Counted from the stretch's first letter, positions 28,818-39,088 are shown. The stretch is 64,000 nt of DNA from an uncultured Candidatus Saccharibacteria bacterium (GCA_964350645.1 CAYGJY010000002.1:97538-161537), one strand, 5' to 3'. Notes: a model not told the origin generated them from the sequence alone. Numbers and translations are program-made.

Positions 28818-29813
28818 ATGGTTCGCTTTTTCGTTGAAGCCCTACCGGCACTATTACTGGTAGCAGTGCCGTTCTCTGTTCACGCTGGAGTGTTCAGCTC
28901 GCTTGTTGAAATGTTGCAAGATGATGTGGTGATATACCAGGCTGATCGTCATCATCAATCGGTTGTGGATGTTGCCCTCATGAGTGCTACCGCTAATCCA
29001 GATCCGATCGGTGCGATCGGTGGCGGTGATGTGATAGTTGATGAGGGAGCTTTGGTCGCTGGAGGTACGCTTGGGGCTGACGACATGGCTGCCGCCAAAA
29101 CCTTTACTGGCGAGATTAGTGTCTATGTCGTGCGCGAGGGTGATACCCTCTCACAGATTGCCGAGATGTTTCAGGTCACTACTAACACAATCCGGTGGGC
29201 CAACGAGATTCCTGGGGGCGTGATTCAGCCAGGTGACTCACTTGTAATCTTGCCGATTGCTGGTGTTCGTCATGTCATCAAGTCGGGAGATACAATGAGC
29301 ACGATTGCCAAGAAGTATGATGCTAATATCGAAGAAATTGTAGAGTACAACCAACTGACCGAAGGAGTTGCGCTCGTAGTTGGTGAAACTATTGTGGTAC
29401 CCGGTGGACAAATGGCTGCACCGGTCCGTAGTGCTTCGCCGGTGAAGACATCAGGTTCAGCTGTTGCATCAGTTGGATTTACGCATCCAGCTCCAGGCGC
29501 TATCCGAACTCAAGGAATCCACGGCTACAACGGTGTTGACCTTGGTGGGAGTTACGGTGCACCAATTAAGGCAGCTGCTTCGGGAGAGGTAATTGTCTCA
29601 AAGAGTAGTGGATGGAATGGCGGCTACGGAAACTACATTGTGATTAAACATCCAAACGGTACGCAGACATTATATGCTCACCTGAGCAGCACTGCAGTTG
29701 GTGTCGGCGCGTATGTTGGTGCTGGAGAAGTTATCGGAGGAATGGGAAGTACCGGGAGATCAACGGGAGTGCACCTACACTTCGAAGTTCGAGGAGCCAG
29801 AAACCCTTTCTAA
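28818..29813 (+). CDS. Secreted peptidoglycan hydrolase: 2x LysM domains plus M23 metallopeptidase
   Basis: Signal peptide; two LysM repeats (YVVREGDTLSQIAEMF..., HVIKSGDTMSTIAKKY...); C-terminal M23 motifs HxxxD...HLHFEVR. Confidence 0.85.
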   Translation: MVRFFVEALPALLLVAVPFSVHAGVFSSLVEMLQDDVVIYQADRHHQSVVDVALMSATANPDPIGAIGGGDVIVDEGALVAGGTLGADDMAAAKTFTGEISVYVVREGDTLSQIAEMFQVTTNTIRWANEIPGGVIQPGDSLVILPIAGVRHVIKSGDTMSTIAKKYDANIEEIVEYNQLTEGVALVVGETIVVPGGQMAAPVRSASPVKTSGSAVASVGFTHPAPGAIRTQGIHGYNGVDLGGSYGAPIKAAASGEVIVSKSSGWNGGYGNYIVIKHPNGTQTLYAHLSSTAVGVGAYVGAGEVIGGMGSTGRSTGVHLHFEVRGARNPF

Positions 29814-29821
29814 AGTAAACA

Positions 29822-29858
29822 AAAAACCGGCGGGCACCTTTGGTGCCCGCCGGTTTTT
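29822..29858. terminator. Bidirectional terminator
   Basis: aaaaaaccggcgggcacc-tttg-gtgcccgccggttttttg, perfect stem. Confidence 0.75.
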
Positions 29859-29861
29859 TGA

Positions 29862-30296
29862 TCATAAATCTTGCCAATACGCAGTGTAATTTTTTCCCTT
29901 TGTAAAACCAATATCTACATATCTTTTTTCTAATTCAATGTGATCTATAGGAGCGTACACTAAGACTTGGATATGACCTCGGTTTTGCATTTCTATTTTG
30001 GCTGCGGACCACAGAGCTGTTACTATTTTTGATTGAGATGTTTCTGGTATTGTTGTGCTCACTGCGAAACGATAGAGCCACGCCGCTCGCCCGTCTTCAA
30101 AGAGAGTAACTGTCCCAATAATTTGTCCATTAAGCTCTGCTACTAAAATACTTCCCGGTTTCTCTGTCTCCAATTCAGCTAATTTTTCTTTAGTGTCACG
30201 CGCTGCGTCAAACTGTCCTCCGAAAGTACCGCTGTCTCGATACAACGCTTCGACTCCCGGATAATCAAACTCTGGGTTGTAGTTTCGAATAATCAT
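29862..30296 (-). CDS. GNAT-family N-acetyltransferase
   Basis: 144 aa; GNAT-like beta-strand core (ILVAELNGQIIGTVTL...AWLYRFAV). ATGA start/stop overlap with the upstream gene. Confidence 0.55.
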   Translation of the reverse strand: MIIRNYNPEFDYPGVEALYRDSGTFGGQFDAARDTKEKLAELETEKPGSILVAELNGQIIGTVTLFEDGRAAWLYRFAVSTTIPETSQSKIVTALWSAAKIEMQNRGHIQVLVYAPIDHIELEKRYVDIGFTKGKNYTAYWQDL

Positions 30297-30835
30297 GATG
30301 GTGAATGTGAAGTTTTGGTATGACGGATCTCCTCGCGCACTTGTTTGTCACTGATATAACTGAGCACGTCAGAGTCGGGATTATAAAGCTCAATCATGTC
30401 GAGCCGTGCTTCTGGAAAAATGCGCGCGTCAGGACACTGACCGGTGGCAACAGATTGTTTCAGTTCTGAATACTCTGCCTTAGGTAAATAGAAATCAATA
30501 TCCCCTACGTGGTGTCGGTACGGGTCAGGTTTCCGGATATAGAGGTATTCATACCTAGCAGCTGGAGTAGCTTCTTCCTGGGGAATCACGATTGGCTCAT
30601 GCAATTTAAAATATTTCTGATTCCAGTTGTTAGCGGTATCAGTTAGCTCCTCTCGCAGTCTGGTAAGAAATTCATATTCATCTTGATAATGACAAAAGAT
30701 ACCAATATTTCCTGGTACTGGTAAGTAGCGACCCAGGCTGGTGTAGCATTGTTGGTGCGCTTCACGATGTAGATGATGAATTGCCTGCAGCAATTCATCA
30801 TGTGACTCTATGGGGCTAAAGCGGTAGAGTTTCAT
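30293..30835 (-). CDS. Hypothetical protein (180 aa), translationally coupled to the GNAT gene
   Basis: No recognisable motif; His-rich N-terminus. Confidence 0.4.
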   Translation of the reverse strand: MKLYRFSPIESHDELLQAIHHLHREAHQQCYTSLGRYLPVPGNIGIFCHYQDEYEFLTRLREELTDTANNWNQKYFKLHEPIVIPQEEATPAARYEYLYIRKPDPYRHHVGDIDFYLPKAEYSELKQSVATGQCPDARIFPEARLDMIELYNPDSDVLSYISDKQVREEIRHTKTSHSPS

Positions 30836-30870
30836 TTTTTACTCTGCAGTTAATTAATCATAACAGAAAA

Positions 30871-32388
30871 TTATACCTTCACGCGGTACTGGAGGGCCTC
30901 AAAAACATGTGCTGGTTCGATGGTTTCTTTTTGGTCGAGGTCAGCAATCGTGCGGGCAACTTTGATGAGCCGATGATAGCTGCGTGGTGAGAGATTAAGT
31001 TTTTGTGAGGAAGTTTTTAGAAGATCTTTAACATCATCACTGAGATCGATAGTTTCTTCTAAGTCGCGGGCAGACATTTCGGCGTTGGTGTTGGCACCGC
31101 GCTTAGCGAGGCGCGCAAGCTGCTGCGCACGCGCTGCAGCGATCTGCGTTCGGGCAGTTTCTGTTTCCCCAGTCTTCTTTTCTAAGTTAGTTAGCGTGTC
31201 ATAGTCAACGTGTGGTACTTCAAGCCAGAGGTCAATCCGGTCGAGGATTGGTCCAGAAACTTTTTGTTTGTAGGTATCAGCCATGGCGCCAGCGTAGTCG
31301 CTTGTACCATCTTCACTGCCTCGGTATGGATTCATGGCCGCAATTAAAATAAAATCTGCTGGGAACAAAGCACTTCCCTGCACACGCGAGATCGCCACCA
31401 CTCGATCTTCAAGTGGCTGGCGGAGCGCATCAATCGAGCGGCGTTCAAATTCTGGAAATTCATCCATGAACAATACTCCTTTATGTGCGAGGGTGACTTC
31501 ACCTGGTTTTGGATGGGCGCCGCCACCGACTAAGCTGGTGTGACTTGCGGTATGGTGTGGTGCTCGAAACGGTGGGCAAGAAGAAATCTCTTCTGAGAGA
31601 GCTCCGGCAATTGAATGAATCGCCGTGACTGCCAAAGCTTCATCGTGGGTAAGGGGTGGCAATATTCCTTGAAAAGCCCGCGCCAGCATGGTCTTGCCGG
31701 TACCGGGTGGGCCAACCAAGATAACATTATGTCGCCCAGCTGCTGCGATTAAAAGTCCGCGCTTAGCACTCTCCTGCCCCTTAATATCTTCTAATGATAT
31801 GTGGGTGTCGACCCAAGTGTGTGGAATGGTAGTAACTGCTTCTGCTGTTAACGCAGCGTGATCTTCACGGGTGCTATCAACATGCTGGACAACTTCGAGT
31901 AAGTTTTTTGCCCCAAAGACAGTAATGTCAGACACCAACGCTGCTTCTTTTGTATTTTCAGTAGGTACAACTACGTAAGCAAAACCAGCATCTCGGGCTG
32001 CGGTCACTGAGGCTAAGACACCGCGCACTGGCTGAAGGCTGCCATCAAGGGCGAGTTCACCCAGAAAAATAGTGTCAGTTGGATTGGTTTTTAGTTCAGC
32101 CGCTGCGTATAGGTACGCAATGGCGATCGGGAGATCAAACAGCGGCCCCTCTTTCTTTACATCAGCCGGGGCGAGCGAGATGACAATTTTGTGGTTTTTA
32201 CTTTTAGGCGACGGAAACCCAGAATTTTTAATAGCTGCACTCACTCGATCTTTTGATTCTTCAACGGCTTTTCCGGCTAAGCCAACAAGCGAAAAAGAAT
32301 GCAGACCTCGTGAAAGGTCAGCTTCAATCGTCACGATCGTACCGGTCAAAACTCCTGGTTGGGCAGTGAAGATACGAGCGACGGCCAT
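30871..32388 (-). CDS. comM: Mg-chelatase-like AAA+ ATPase YifB/ComM
   Basis: 505 aa; N-terminal Lon-like domain, Walker A VGPPGTGKTMLA, C-terminal ComM helix-rich domain. Confidence 0.85.
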   Translation of the reverse strand: MAVARIFTAQPGVLTGTIVTIEADLSRGLHSFSLVGLAGKAVEESKDRVSAAIKNSGFPSPKSKNHKIVISLAPADVKKEGPLFDLPIAIAYLYAAAELKTNPTDTIFLGELALDGSLQPVRGVLASVTAARDAGFAYVVVPTENTKEAALVSDITVFGAKNLLEVVQHVDSTREDHAALTAEAVTTIPHTWVDTHISLEDIKGQESAKRGLLIAAAGRHNVILVGPPGTGKTMLARAFQGILPPLTHDEALAVTAIHSIAGALSEEISSCPPFRAPHHTASHTSLVGGGAHPKPGEVTLAHKGVLFMDEFPEFERRSIDALRQPLEDRVVAISRVQGSALFPADFILIAAMNPYRGSEDGTSDYAGAMADTYKQKVSGPILDRIDLWLEVPHVDYDTLTNLEKKTGETETARTQIAAARAQQLARLAKRGANTNAEMSARDLEETIDLSDDVKDLLKTSSQKLNLSPRSYHRLIKVARTIADLDQKETIEPAHVFEALQYRVKV

Positions 32389-32391
32389 AGG

Positions 32392-32790
32392 CTAGATATT
32401 TAAGTCCGATTCGTCGTTGATGTGCTCCTTGCAAGTGCGCGCCGCTGGATTAGCTTCAAGTCGATCAGCTTCGATTTCTTTCTGACACAGTTCGCATCTT
32501 CCGAAGGTGCCGATAGTGATTTTTTCGAGAGCTCGGTTGAGGTTGGTGTAGCGTGCTTCGAGCACATCGAGTGTGCCGCGGCGTTCTTGCCATTCTTCTG
32601 AACGATCAGCTAGATCATTAGGGTCGGACTCAGCGTGCGCTGCATTAAGTGGTGTAGGAATCCAGTCGCCTGGGGCAGTGGGATTTTCAACACCGAGTGA
32701 CTGAAGCTCATTGGTTACCAGATCAAGTTCTGTTTCAAGCTTGGTTTTGAATATGTCGAGCTGTGTGATCATAGAATTGTATTGTAGCAC
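32392..32790 (-). CDS. DksA/TraR-family C4 zinc-finger protein
   Basis: C-terminal CELCQKEI...ARTCKEH CxxC-x17-CxxC, preceded by a coiled-coil region. Confidence 0.6.
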   Translation of the reverse strand: MLQYNSMITQLDIFKTKLETELDLVTNELQSLGVENPTAPGDWIPTPLNAAHAESDPNDLADRSEEWQERRGTLDVLEARYTNLNRALEKITIGTFGRCELCQKEIEADRLEANPAARTCKEHINDESDLNI

Positions 32791-32809
32791 GCAGCCAACG
32801 AGAGTGACT

Positions 32810-34699
32810 TTAGCGCACTAATGGAGCAACGGCTGAAAAGGTATTGCGATTAGGGGCAATCAGTAGCGTGTTTCTGGTAATGAATCCGTACACTAACACG
32901 TCTTCGTTTTGTGGGTTTGATAAAACACGAACATCGCGATTATTAACTCTTGAATCGAGGGTGGTGGTGATAGTTGCCGGTCCAAACAATGGTGCTAGAT
33001 CGCTACTCATACTATTCTCCCATGCGAGCATACCGGCAAACATCGTGTCAAAAGAGGTGAAGCGCATGACAATTACTGGATCAGTTGCATCATAGCCGCC
33101 AAAGCTAATTGACGTCACAGCTCGCTGCATACTCCCTGGAGCATTAATTGCCATAGTACTTAAAACTAATTCGGCTGTGGCGGTGCCTTCACCTATAGTT
33201 GGATAAAATTCTGATAGTCCACTTGAACCACCCTGTAGAGCAGTTTCGACTGCGTTGTACAGTAATGTGCGGTTTCCGGGTAGGGGTAGTGGAGTTGCCT
33301 TTGGAGATTCAAGGAGTGTGTCAGTTGGGACAGTAGATGTCACAATGGTTGGCTCGATGGTGCGTGTGAAGAACCAGACTGACACACCGGTACCCAGAAT
33401 AATCGCTACAATGATAACTGCCGCTAGCGTGAGGTACGGTGTCCCTTGTTTTTTTGGTACTGGGCGACCAAGTTTGTTGAGACGATATTCTGGGATAGGA
33501 TTTCGATTGAATCGAGGATTTGACTCACTAGTATTTTGTTCAGCTGTACTGAGGATTCTTGTTTGCTGTGGGGGAACGACTTCTGGGACTGGGACTTCAG
33601 GTTTTTCGTCAACTTCTAAATCGGTCGGCTCAACTATGGGAACAACTTCTTCTGACTTTGGTGGAGCAGTTTCAGGTAGTGTTGTGGGTGAAGGGATTTC
33701 CAGCTTATCGGCCTCTTCGTCACCGACGTAATGTTGCCAGCCAGTTAGTTGTGCCGGGGTTTGTACAGGCTTTGGCTCTAGTTCAGGTGTAGCTGGTTCA
33801 GGTTCTGGTGGCACGTCAGGTTCAGCCAGAGGTTCAGGAATTTCTGGGGCAAGGACTTCTGCAGGCAGTTCAACTTCAGGGGTCAAAGTATTTTCTGGAT
33901 CATTTGAAGGACTCCAGGTCGGTGTTTGCTCGGGTAAGGGCTCAGTTATTGAAATTGTATCTGTTGTGGATGTTTCTCGTTCCTGAGTTTTGAGTCGCTT
34001 GGTAGTACTTTCGTAATCATCTTCAGGGACAAGTTTTGCGTTGGCTGCGGCGGCTTGGATGACTGACTCACGTTGGTCGATGTTTGTGACTGTGGGTGAG
34101 GTCTTTTGTTGATGTTGTAGTTTATCTTTAGTTTCGGTAAACCAGTTTTTGATTGATTGAACAATTGCCGGTACTAATTTAAAGCGGTTTCGTTTTTGGT
34201 CAGTTACAATCATGCCTTCTTCGAGTTCTTGGATACTGTCCTCGCTGTTGAAGGTTTCTTTCTTCTTGTTTTTTAAAGAAGCTGGTTGTGGGATATACGG
34301 CTTTATACTCTCAGACTTAATATCCAATGTTGGTTCCTGGATAGGAGGTGCTTTGGTAGGCTGCTTTAGCGTGTGGGCATCGTCCAACATTACTTTTTCA
34401 TCAGTGTAATCGGACGCAATTGCACTCGTTTCTCGTAAATAGTGGAATGGAGGAATTTCTGCGTCAGCTGTTGCAGCATCAAGTTCAGCTTCGAGTGAGT
34501 CAATTTTTTCAGCTGCTGTTTCAGAACGTAGGCCCGTCTGTTCAACTGCAATCGGAGTTGTTGTTTGCGGTGGTCTAGGTGGTGTTTGAGGGAGATCAGT
34601 TGCTTGTGCTTTTGCCAGGTTTTGTTCAGCTCGGGCACGATTAACATCATCAGCAAAAGTGCGTAAACGTTGTAGGGGGGCTGGTTTATGATCGGCCAT
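32810..34699 (-). CDS. Pro/Glu/Thr-rich bitopic membrane protein (hypothetical)
   Basis: 629 aa. A roughly 420 aa low-complexity N-terminal region with PE/PEP repeats (PEIPEPLAEPDVPPEPEPATPELEPKP), a single TM (LTLAAVIIVAIILGTGVSVWFF), and a roughly 190 aa C-terminal domain. Confidence 0.5.
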   Translation of the reverse strand: MADHKPAPLQRLRTFADDVNRARAEQNLAKAQATDLPQTPPRPPQTTTPIAVEQTGLRSETAAEKIDSLEAELDAATADAEIPPFHYLRETSAIASDYTDEKVMLDDAHTLKQPTKAPPIQEPTLDIKSESIKPYIPQPASLKNKKKETFNSEDSIQELEEGMIVTDQKRNRFKLVPAIVQSIKNWFTETKDKLQHQQKTSPTVTNIDQRESVIQAAAANAKLVPEDDYESTTKRLKTQERETSTTDTISITEPLPEQTPTWSPSNDPENTLTPEVELPAEVLAPEIPEPLAEPDVPPEPEPATPELEPKPVQTPAQLTGWQHYVGDEEADKLEIPSPTTLPETAPPKSEEVVPIVEPTDLEVDEKPEVPVPEVVPPQQTRILSTAEQNTSESNPRFNRNPIPEYRLNKLGRPVPKKQGTPYLTLAAVIIVAIILGTGVSVWFFTRTIEPTIVTSTVPTDTLLESPKATPLPLPGNRTLLYNAVETALQGGSSGLSEFYPTIGEGTATAELVLSTMAINAPGSMQRAVTSISFGGYDATDPVIVMRFTSFDTMFAGMLAWENSMSSDLAPLFGPATITTTLDSRVNNRDVRVLSNPQNEDVLVYGFITRNTLLIAPNRNTFSAVAPLVR

Positions 34700-34800
34700 G
34701 AATACTCATAGTATCTCATGTTTTTGAGCTTTGTTTCTAGTTCAGTACACAGGAAAACAGGCGGCACACACTAAGTGAGTGCCGCCTGTTTTTCAACTCC

Positions 34801-36936
34801 CTACTCTTTTATGGTTGGCGCTTTGAGTCCTTTGTTCGCTGCCCACTCACTGTCGGCTTGTTTGATAGATAGACCAATCTTTCCTTCTGCTACTTTGCTA
34901 ATAATGACCGGTACCTGGTCGCCTTCCTTTAGTATCCCGTCCATGCTCTCAATTCGAAACGGCGCAATTTCAGAGATATGGATTAGACCTTCGTTTAAAT
35001 CATCAATTCGCGCAAATGCTCCAAAGTCTGCAATGCGAGTTACGGTAGCGGTCAATCGTTCACCAACGGTATAGACTTTTGTGAGGGCAGCGATTCGTGC
35101 TTCAGCTGCCTCAGCAGTGCCATTCTTTCCCGAGATAAAGACAGTACCGTCATCTTCAATAGAGATTTCCTCAACTCCGGTGTCGTCTTTAATGCCGTTG
35201 ATAGTTTTACCCCCACCACCGATGACGAGACCAATTTGTTCCGGCATGATTTTCATCACAATAATCTTCGGTGCTCGTGGTGAAATATCTGCCCGCGGAG
35301 TAGCAATTTCCGCTTCCATCACATCCAGAATCTGTAAGCGGGCGGCTTTGGCCTTTTCAAGCGCTGCGGTCAAAATTTCAACCGAAACGCCGTCTACTTT
35401 TACATCCATCTGAATCGCCGTAATCCCCTCTCGTGTTCCAGCTACCTTAAAGTCCATGTCGCCATGTTCATCTTCAGGACCTTGAATGTCAGTCAAGAGG
35501 GCGTGTTGATCACCAACGATCATTACACCTGAAGCAATCCCGGCTACAGGCCGCTTGATCGGGACGCCGCCATCCATCAACGCTAAGGTTGAGCCACAGA
35601 CCGATCCCATTGAACTTGAACCATTACTCGACATCGTTTCCGATACCAAACGAATGGTGTAAGGAAATTCTTCTTTACTCGGTATCACTGGTAACACTGC
35701 TTTTTCTGCCAGCGCACCATGGCCAATCATACGGCGATTGAATCCACCCACGCGACCAGTTTCGCCAACTGAAAACGGCGGAAAGTTGTAATGATGAATA
35801 TAGCGTTTCTTAGCTTCTTGTTCTTCCATGGTGTCGATAAGTTGCGCTGCTTCAGGGCCACCAAGCGTCAGCGCCGTGAAGATATGCGTACCACCACGAT
35901 AAAAAATCCCCGAGCCGTGCAAGACTGGTGAAATACCGCCAGCTTGCGCGTAGAGCTCTCGCACGTCATCCATGCCGCGGCCGTCGGCTCGCTTGCCGTC
36001 TTCAATAGCTCCACGATGGAGTTCTTTGTCGACCTCATGTTCGAAGAAGTCACCGGCATGAGCGAGGTTGAGGTCTTCGATCACTTCTTTGGCGGCTGTT
36101 AGGAATTCATCTTTTAGATCATGAATGTGATCTTTTCCGGCCTTGCCAGAAAATATAACGTCGGTAAGTTTGTTTTGAAATTTCTCAGCGAAAAATGTTG
36201 CTAGCTCTGGTGGTAATTCGCGGACACCCGCTGCTCGCTTTGTTTTGCCAATCTGAGCGATGATCTCAGCTTGAAACGATTCAATTTGTTGATGGACGTT
36301 GAGACTCGCCTCGAGAATAGTGGTAACGGTTTTTTCGTCAATTTCATTCGCGGCGGTTTCAACCATGTTAATCTTGCCGTCTTTACCACAAGCGAGTACT
36401 TCGAAGGTGAGTAGATCAGTTTCTCGTTGGCTGTAGGTTGGGTTAATGAGAATCTCACCGCTGGCTTTGTCTTGTCCAATGCGGACGGCCCCGACGGGGC
36501 CGTCCCATGGAATATCCGATACACCCAGTGCAAGACTGGCTCCAATAATACCCAGTACATCTGGATCGTCCTCCCCCATCGCCAAGACGGTGATGACTAC
36601 CTGGATGTCATTACGGATGTGATGATTAAACAATGGTCGAATGGTGCGGTCGACAATACGTGCTGACAAGACCGCCTCGTCACTTGGGCGTCCTTCGCGA
36701 CGCATAAATCGACTGCCGAGGATTTGTCCCGCCGCATAAAACTTCTCTTCAAATTCAACCGACAAGGGGAAAAATGGCAAGGCTGCATTTTCTCGACTGC
36801 TCATCACAGCCGTGACTAAGATTGCAGTTTCGCCATAACGAAGAATAACTGAGCCATTGGCTTGGCTGGTGAGGTCGGTGAAGTCGGCGGTCAGGGTTTT
36901 GCCCGCGAGCTCCATCGAAAATGATTGTTTTTGCAT
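34801..36936 (-). CDS. pnp: Polyribonucleotide nucleotidyltransferase (PNPase)
   Basis: 711 aa; two RNase PH domains, KH and S1 domains. Confidence 0.95.
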   Translation of the reverse strand: MQKQSFSMELAGKTLTADFTDLTSQANGSVILRYGETAILVTAVMSSRENAALPFFPLSVEFEEKFYAAGQILGSRFMRREGRPSDEAVLSARIVDRTIRPLFNHHIRNDIQVVITVLAMGEDDPDVLGIIGASLALGVSDIPWDGPVGAVRIGQDKASGEILINPTYSQRETDLLTFEVLACGKDGKINMVETAANEIDEKTVTTILEASLNVHQQIESFQAEIIAQIGKTKRAAGVRELPPELATFFAEKFQNKLTDVIFSGKAGKDHIHDLKDEFLTAAKEVIEDLNLAHAGDFFEHEVDKELHRGAIEDGKRADGRGMDDVRELYAQAGGISPVLHGSGIFYRGGTHIFTALTLGGPEAAQLIDTMEEQEAKKRYIHHYNFPPFSVGETGRVGGFNRRMIGHGALAEKAVLPVIPSKEEFPYTIRLVSETMSSNGSSSMGSVCGSTLALMDGGVPIKRPVAGIASGVMIVGDQHALLTDIQGPEDEHGDMDFKVAGTREGITAIQMDVKVDGVSVEILTAALEKAKAARLQILDVMEAEIATPRADISPRAPKIIVMKIMPEQIGLVIGGGGKTINGIKDDTGVEEISIEDDGTVFISGKNGTAEAAEARIAALTKVYTVGERLTATVTRIADFGAFARIDDLNEGLIHISEIAPFRIESMDGILKEGDQVPVIISKVAEGKIGLSIKQADSEWAANKGLKAPTIKE

Positions 36937-37153
36937 TAAGAAATTGTCTTATGAGAGACAAACAGTACAGATTTCAATTCATATTTTGAAATCTTTGGCT
37001 GTGTGCCCCTCGCTAGTATGTTAGAAGAATACCCCACCACGCAGGGCGGACGCAAGCACCCGCCCTACTCCACCATACTTAACACAAAAAATTGATTTTT
37101 AAGTAAATATGTGTTATAATAATAAATAGAAAACTTTTGTATTTGGGGGTTGT

Positions 37154-37345
37154 ATGTCTCGACGAGAAATGAAAGCACGGCGACGGTCCAATCGCCTGGC
37201 AGTGGTACTTATAAGTATTTGTACCATTCTGCTCGCGGTATTCATTCTTTACTGGATCAGGGATCTTCTCATTGAAAGTCCGATCAGTGAAATGAATAGC
37301 ACATTTGAGAGCATTGGCCAGCTCTCGGTCCCGCAGCGACCTTAA
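37154..37345 (+). CDS. Small single-TM protein (hypothetical)
   Basis: 63 aa; RBS-like ttGGGGGttgt before the ATG; basic N-terminus then a TM helix; GC-rich hairpin plus T-run downstream. Confidence 0.3.
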   Translation: MSRREMKARRRSNRLAVVLISICTILLAVFILYWIRDLLIESPISEMNSTFESIGQLSVPQRP

Positions 37346-37416
37346 ACACTGCACTAAAAAGCGCCCCTCCGGGATCTAATCTCGGGCGGGCGTTCTTTCT
37401 TTACATACTCGCGTGC

Positions 37417-38043
37417 TCACATTTCGTCTGTGTCAGTCCCGACTACTTTTTTGATTTGGTCGAGGAGGCCACCATCAGATTTTTTTTGATTGGTTTTCTG
37501 ATGATTTTGTTTTTTATTGCGAGCAGTGCGTCCACCACGGTATCCGATCAAGAAAGTATTTGGGTCTTCGTCCATGTCAATGAAGTCATCAACGGCTGCC
37601 TTCAGGCCTGAGCTAGCGCTCCGTCCAAACGTAATCGCTTCTACCTGGCAACCCTGACTTTTAATGTATTCAACAGCTGGGATGAAGTCCCCGTCACCAG
37701 TTGCGAACACAATCGCATCAACTTTGTGTGAGAGCTTGATAGCGTCGACTACCATCCCAACGTCCCAGTCGGCTTTCTTGGCACCACCGTAGAAAATTTG
37801 CAGGTCTTTGGTTTTGATTTCAATGCCAACCTTTTCGAGAGCTTCAAAGAAAGGTTGTTCTTCCCCGCTTTCGGTGTTGACTACGTAGGAAATGGCGCGA
37901 ATAAGTTTACGGTCGCCAAGCGCCGCGGCAACCACTTCCGCAAAGTTTACTTTTGACTTGTAGAGATTTTTGGCACTGTGATATAGGTTTTGTGTGTCGA
38001 TAATCATCGCCACACGTTGTTCTTCGTGTCGTATAACTGACAT
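37417..38043 (-). CDS. NYN/LabA-like (PIN-fold) domain protein
   Basis: 208 aa; MIIDTQNLY..., DWDVGMVVDAI, FATGDGDF typical of NYN/LabA family; basic C-terminal tail. Confidence 0.6.
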   Translation of the reverse strand: MSVIRHEEQRVAMIIDTQNLYHSAKNLYKSKVNFAEVVAAALGDRKLIRAISYVVNTESGEEQPFFEALEKVGIEIKTKDLQIFYGGAKKADWDVGMVVDAIKLSHKVDAIVFATGDGDFIPAVEYIKSQGCQVEAITFGRSASSGLKAAVDDFIDMDEDPNTFLIGYRGGRTARNKKQNHQKTNQKKSDGGLLDQIKKVVGTDTDEM

Positions 38044-38136
38044 ATTTTATATTAAAATTAGGTACTAAAGTAACTAGGGAGCACTATGAAAAAAGTGGAA
38101 AATAAGTAGCCCGCGCCAAAGGCGCGGGCAGACTAC

Positions 38137-38403
38137 TTATTTCTTCAAACCAAGCTTCTTAAGCAGTGCAGCGTATGACTTGTCGTCTTTGCGCTGAAGA
38201 TACTTCAAGTGCTTGCGGCGGTCGGCTACCATCTGGAGAAGTCCGCGTCGTGAGTGAAAATCTTTAGCGTTCTTCTTGAGGTGAGAGGCCAGTTCGTTGA
38301 TACGTCGGGTCAAGAGCGCTACTTGCGCTTCTGGTGATCCGGTATCAGCGTCGTGACGTTTCACGTCGGTGATAGCGTTGGCTTTTTGTCGTTTGCTTAA
38401 CAT
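38137..38403 (-). CDS. rpsO: 30S ribosomal protein S15
   Basis: 88 aa; ...AQVALLTRRINELASHLKKNAKDFHSRRGLLQMVADRRKHLKYL... Confidence 0.9.
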   Translation of the reverse strand: MLSKRQKANAITDVKRHDADTGSPEAQVALLTRRINELASHLKKNAKDFHSRRGLLQMVADRRKHLKYLQRKDDKSYAALLKKLGLKK

Positions 38404-38617
38404 AACGGCAATCTAGTTAAAAATGTGAGTTTGTCGCGGTAGATACTACTTTCTATATGAAAATATCCGTCTCAAACTCAACTGGTAATCTGCGAAGATT
38501 GTTACAACTATAGCATAAAAATTCAATTTTGCAAGTTCTACGATAGAGATGGCTGGTTGTCAAAAGTACGAACGGCCGGCCACGAGCAAAAGCTCTATGC
38601 GGCCGGCCGGGTTCTAC

Positions 38618-38977
38618 TCAGTCTTCGACTGCCCCATAGATTGCCTCACGCTCCTCTTTAAATGCAAAGAGGATGAGTAGTCTTGTTTTTTTCTCAAAGT
38701 GAAATCCTCGCTTGTAGAAAAAGCCTGGCGGTGCAGTAACTGGAGTAGTGAAAAATACTCGGCCATAGCACTGGGCCTGCTCGGCGCCTTGGACGGGTAG
38801 ATGGTACCCGTCCATCCGCATCTCTCCAAATGAGTCACCTCCGCATTGCCGCTGACCTTCGGCGATTGCGGCGTTTAGGTGTTTCATGCCGATCGCCATG
38901 AACTCGGGGGGCTCAGCGGCTACTTGAGCAACTGATGACATGACTGTCACCAGCATCATCGCACCAAAAATTTTCAT
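38618..38977 (-). CDS. Small secreted protein (hypothetical)
   Basis: 119 aa; signal peptide MKIFGAMMLVTVMSSVAQVAA; 2 Cys; GC-rich hairpin (ggccggcc-containing) terminator at 38564..38610. Confidence 0.45.
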   Translation of the reverse strand: MKIFGAMMLVTVMSSVAQVAAEPPEFMAIGMKHLNAAIAEGQRQCGGDSFGEMRMDGYHLPVQGAEQAQCYGRVFFTTPVTAPPGFFYKRGFHFEKKTRLLILFAFKEEREAIYGAVED

Positions 38978-39088
38978 CGTTCCTTCTCTCCTGTTTGAGT
39001 GCCTCTTTAACCCGTCTTCCGCGGGTTCTACTTTCTACAATGCCACAACTATATAAAAAATCAATAGCTTCACTCTTTAAATATGAAA

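Noticed and set aside
34390-34767. 125 aa ORF overlapping the 5' end of the Pro/Glu-rich protein gene
   Set aside because: Entirely nested in a different frame of a longer, better-supported ORF; no independent signals.
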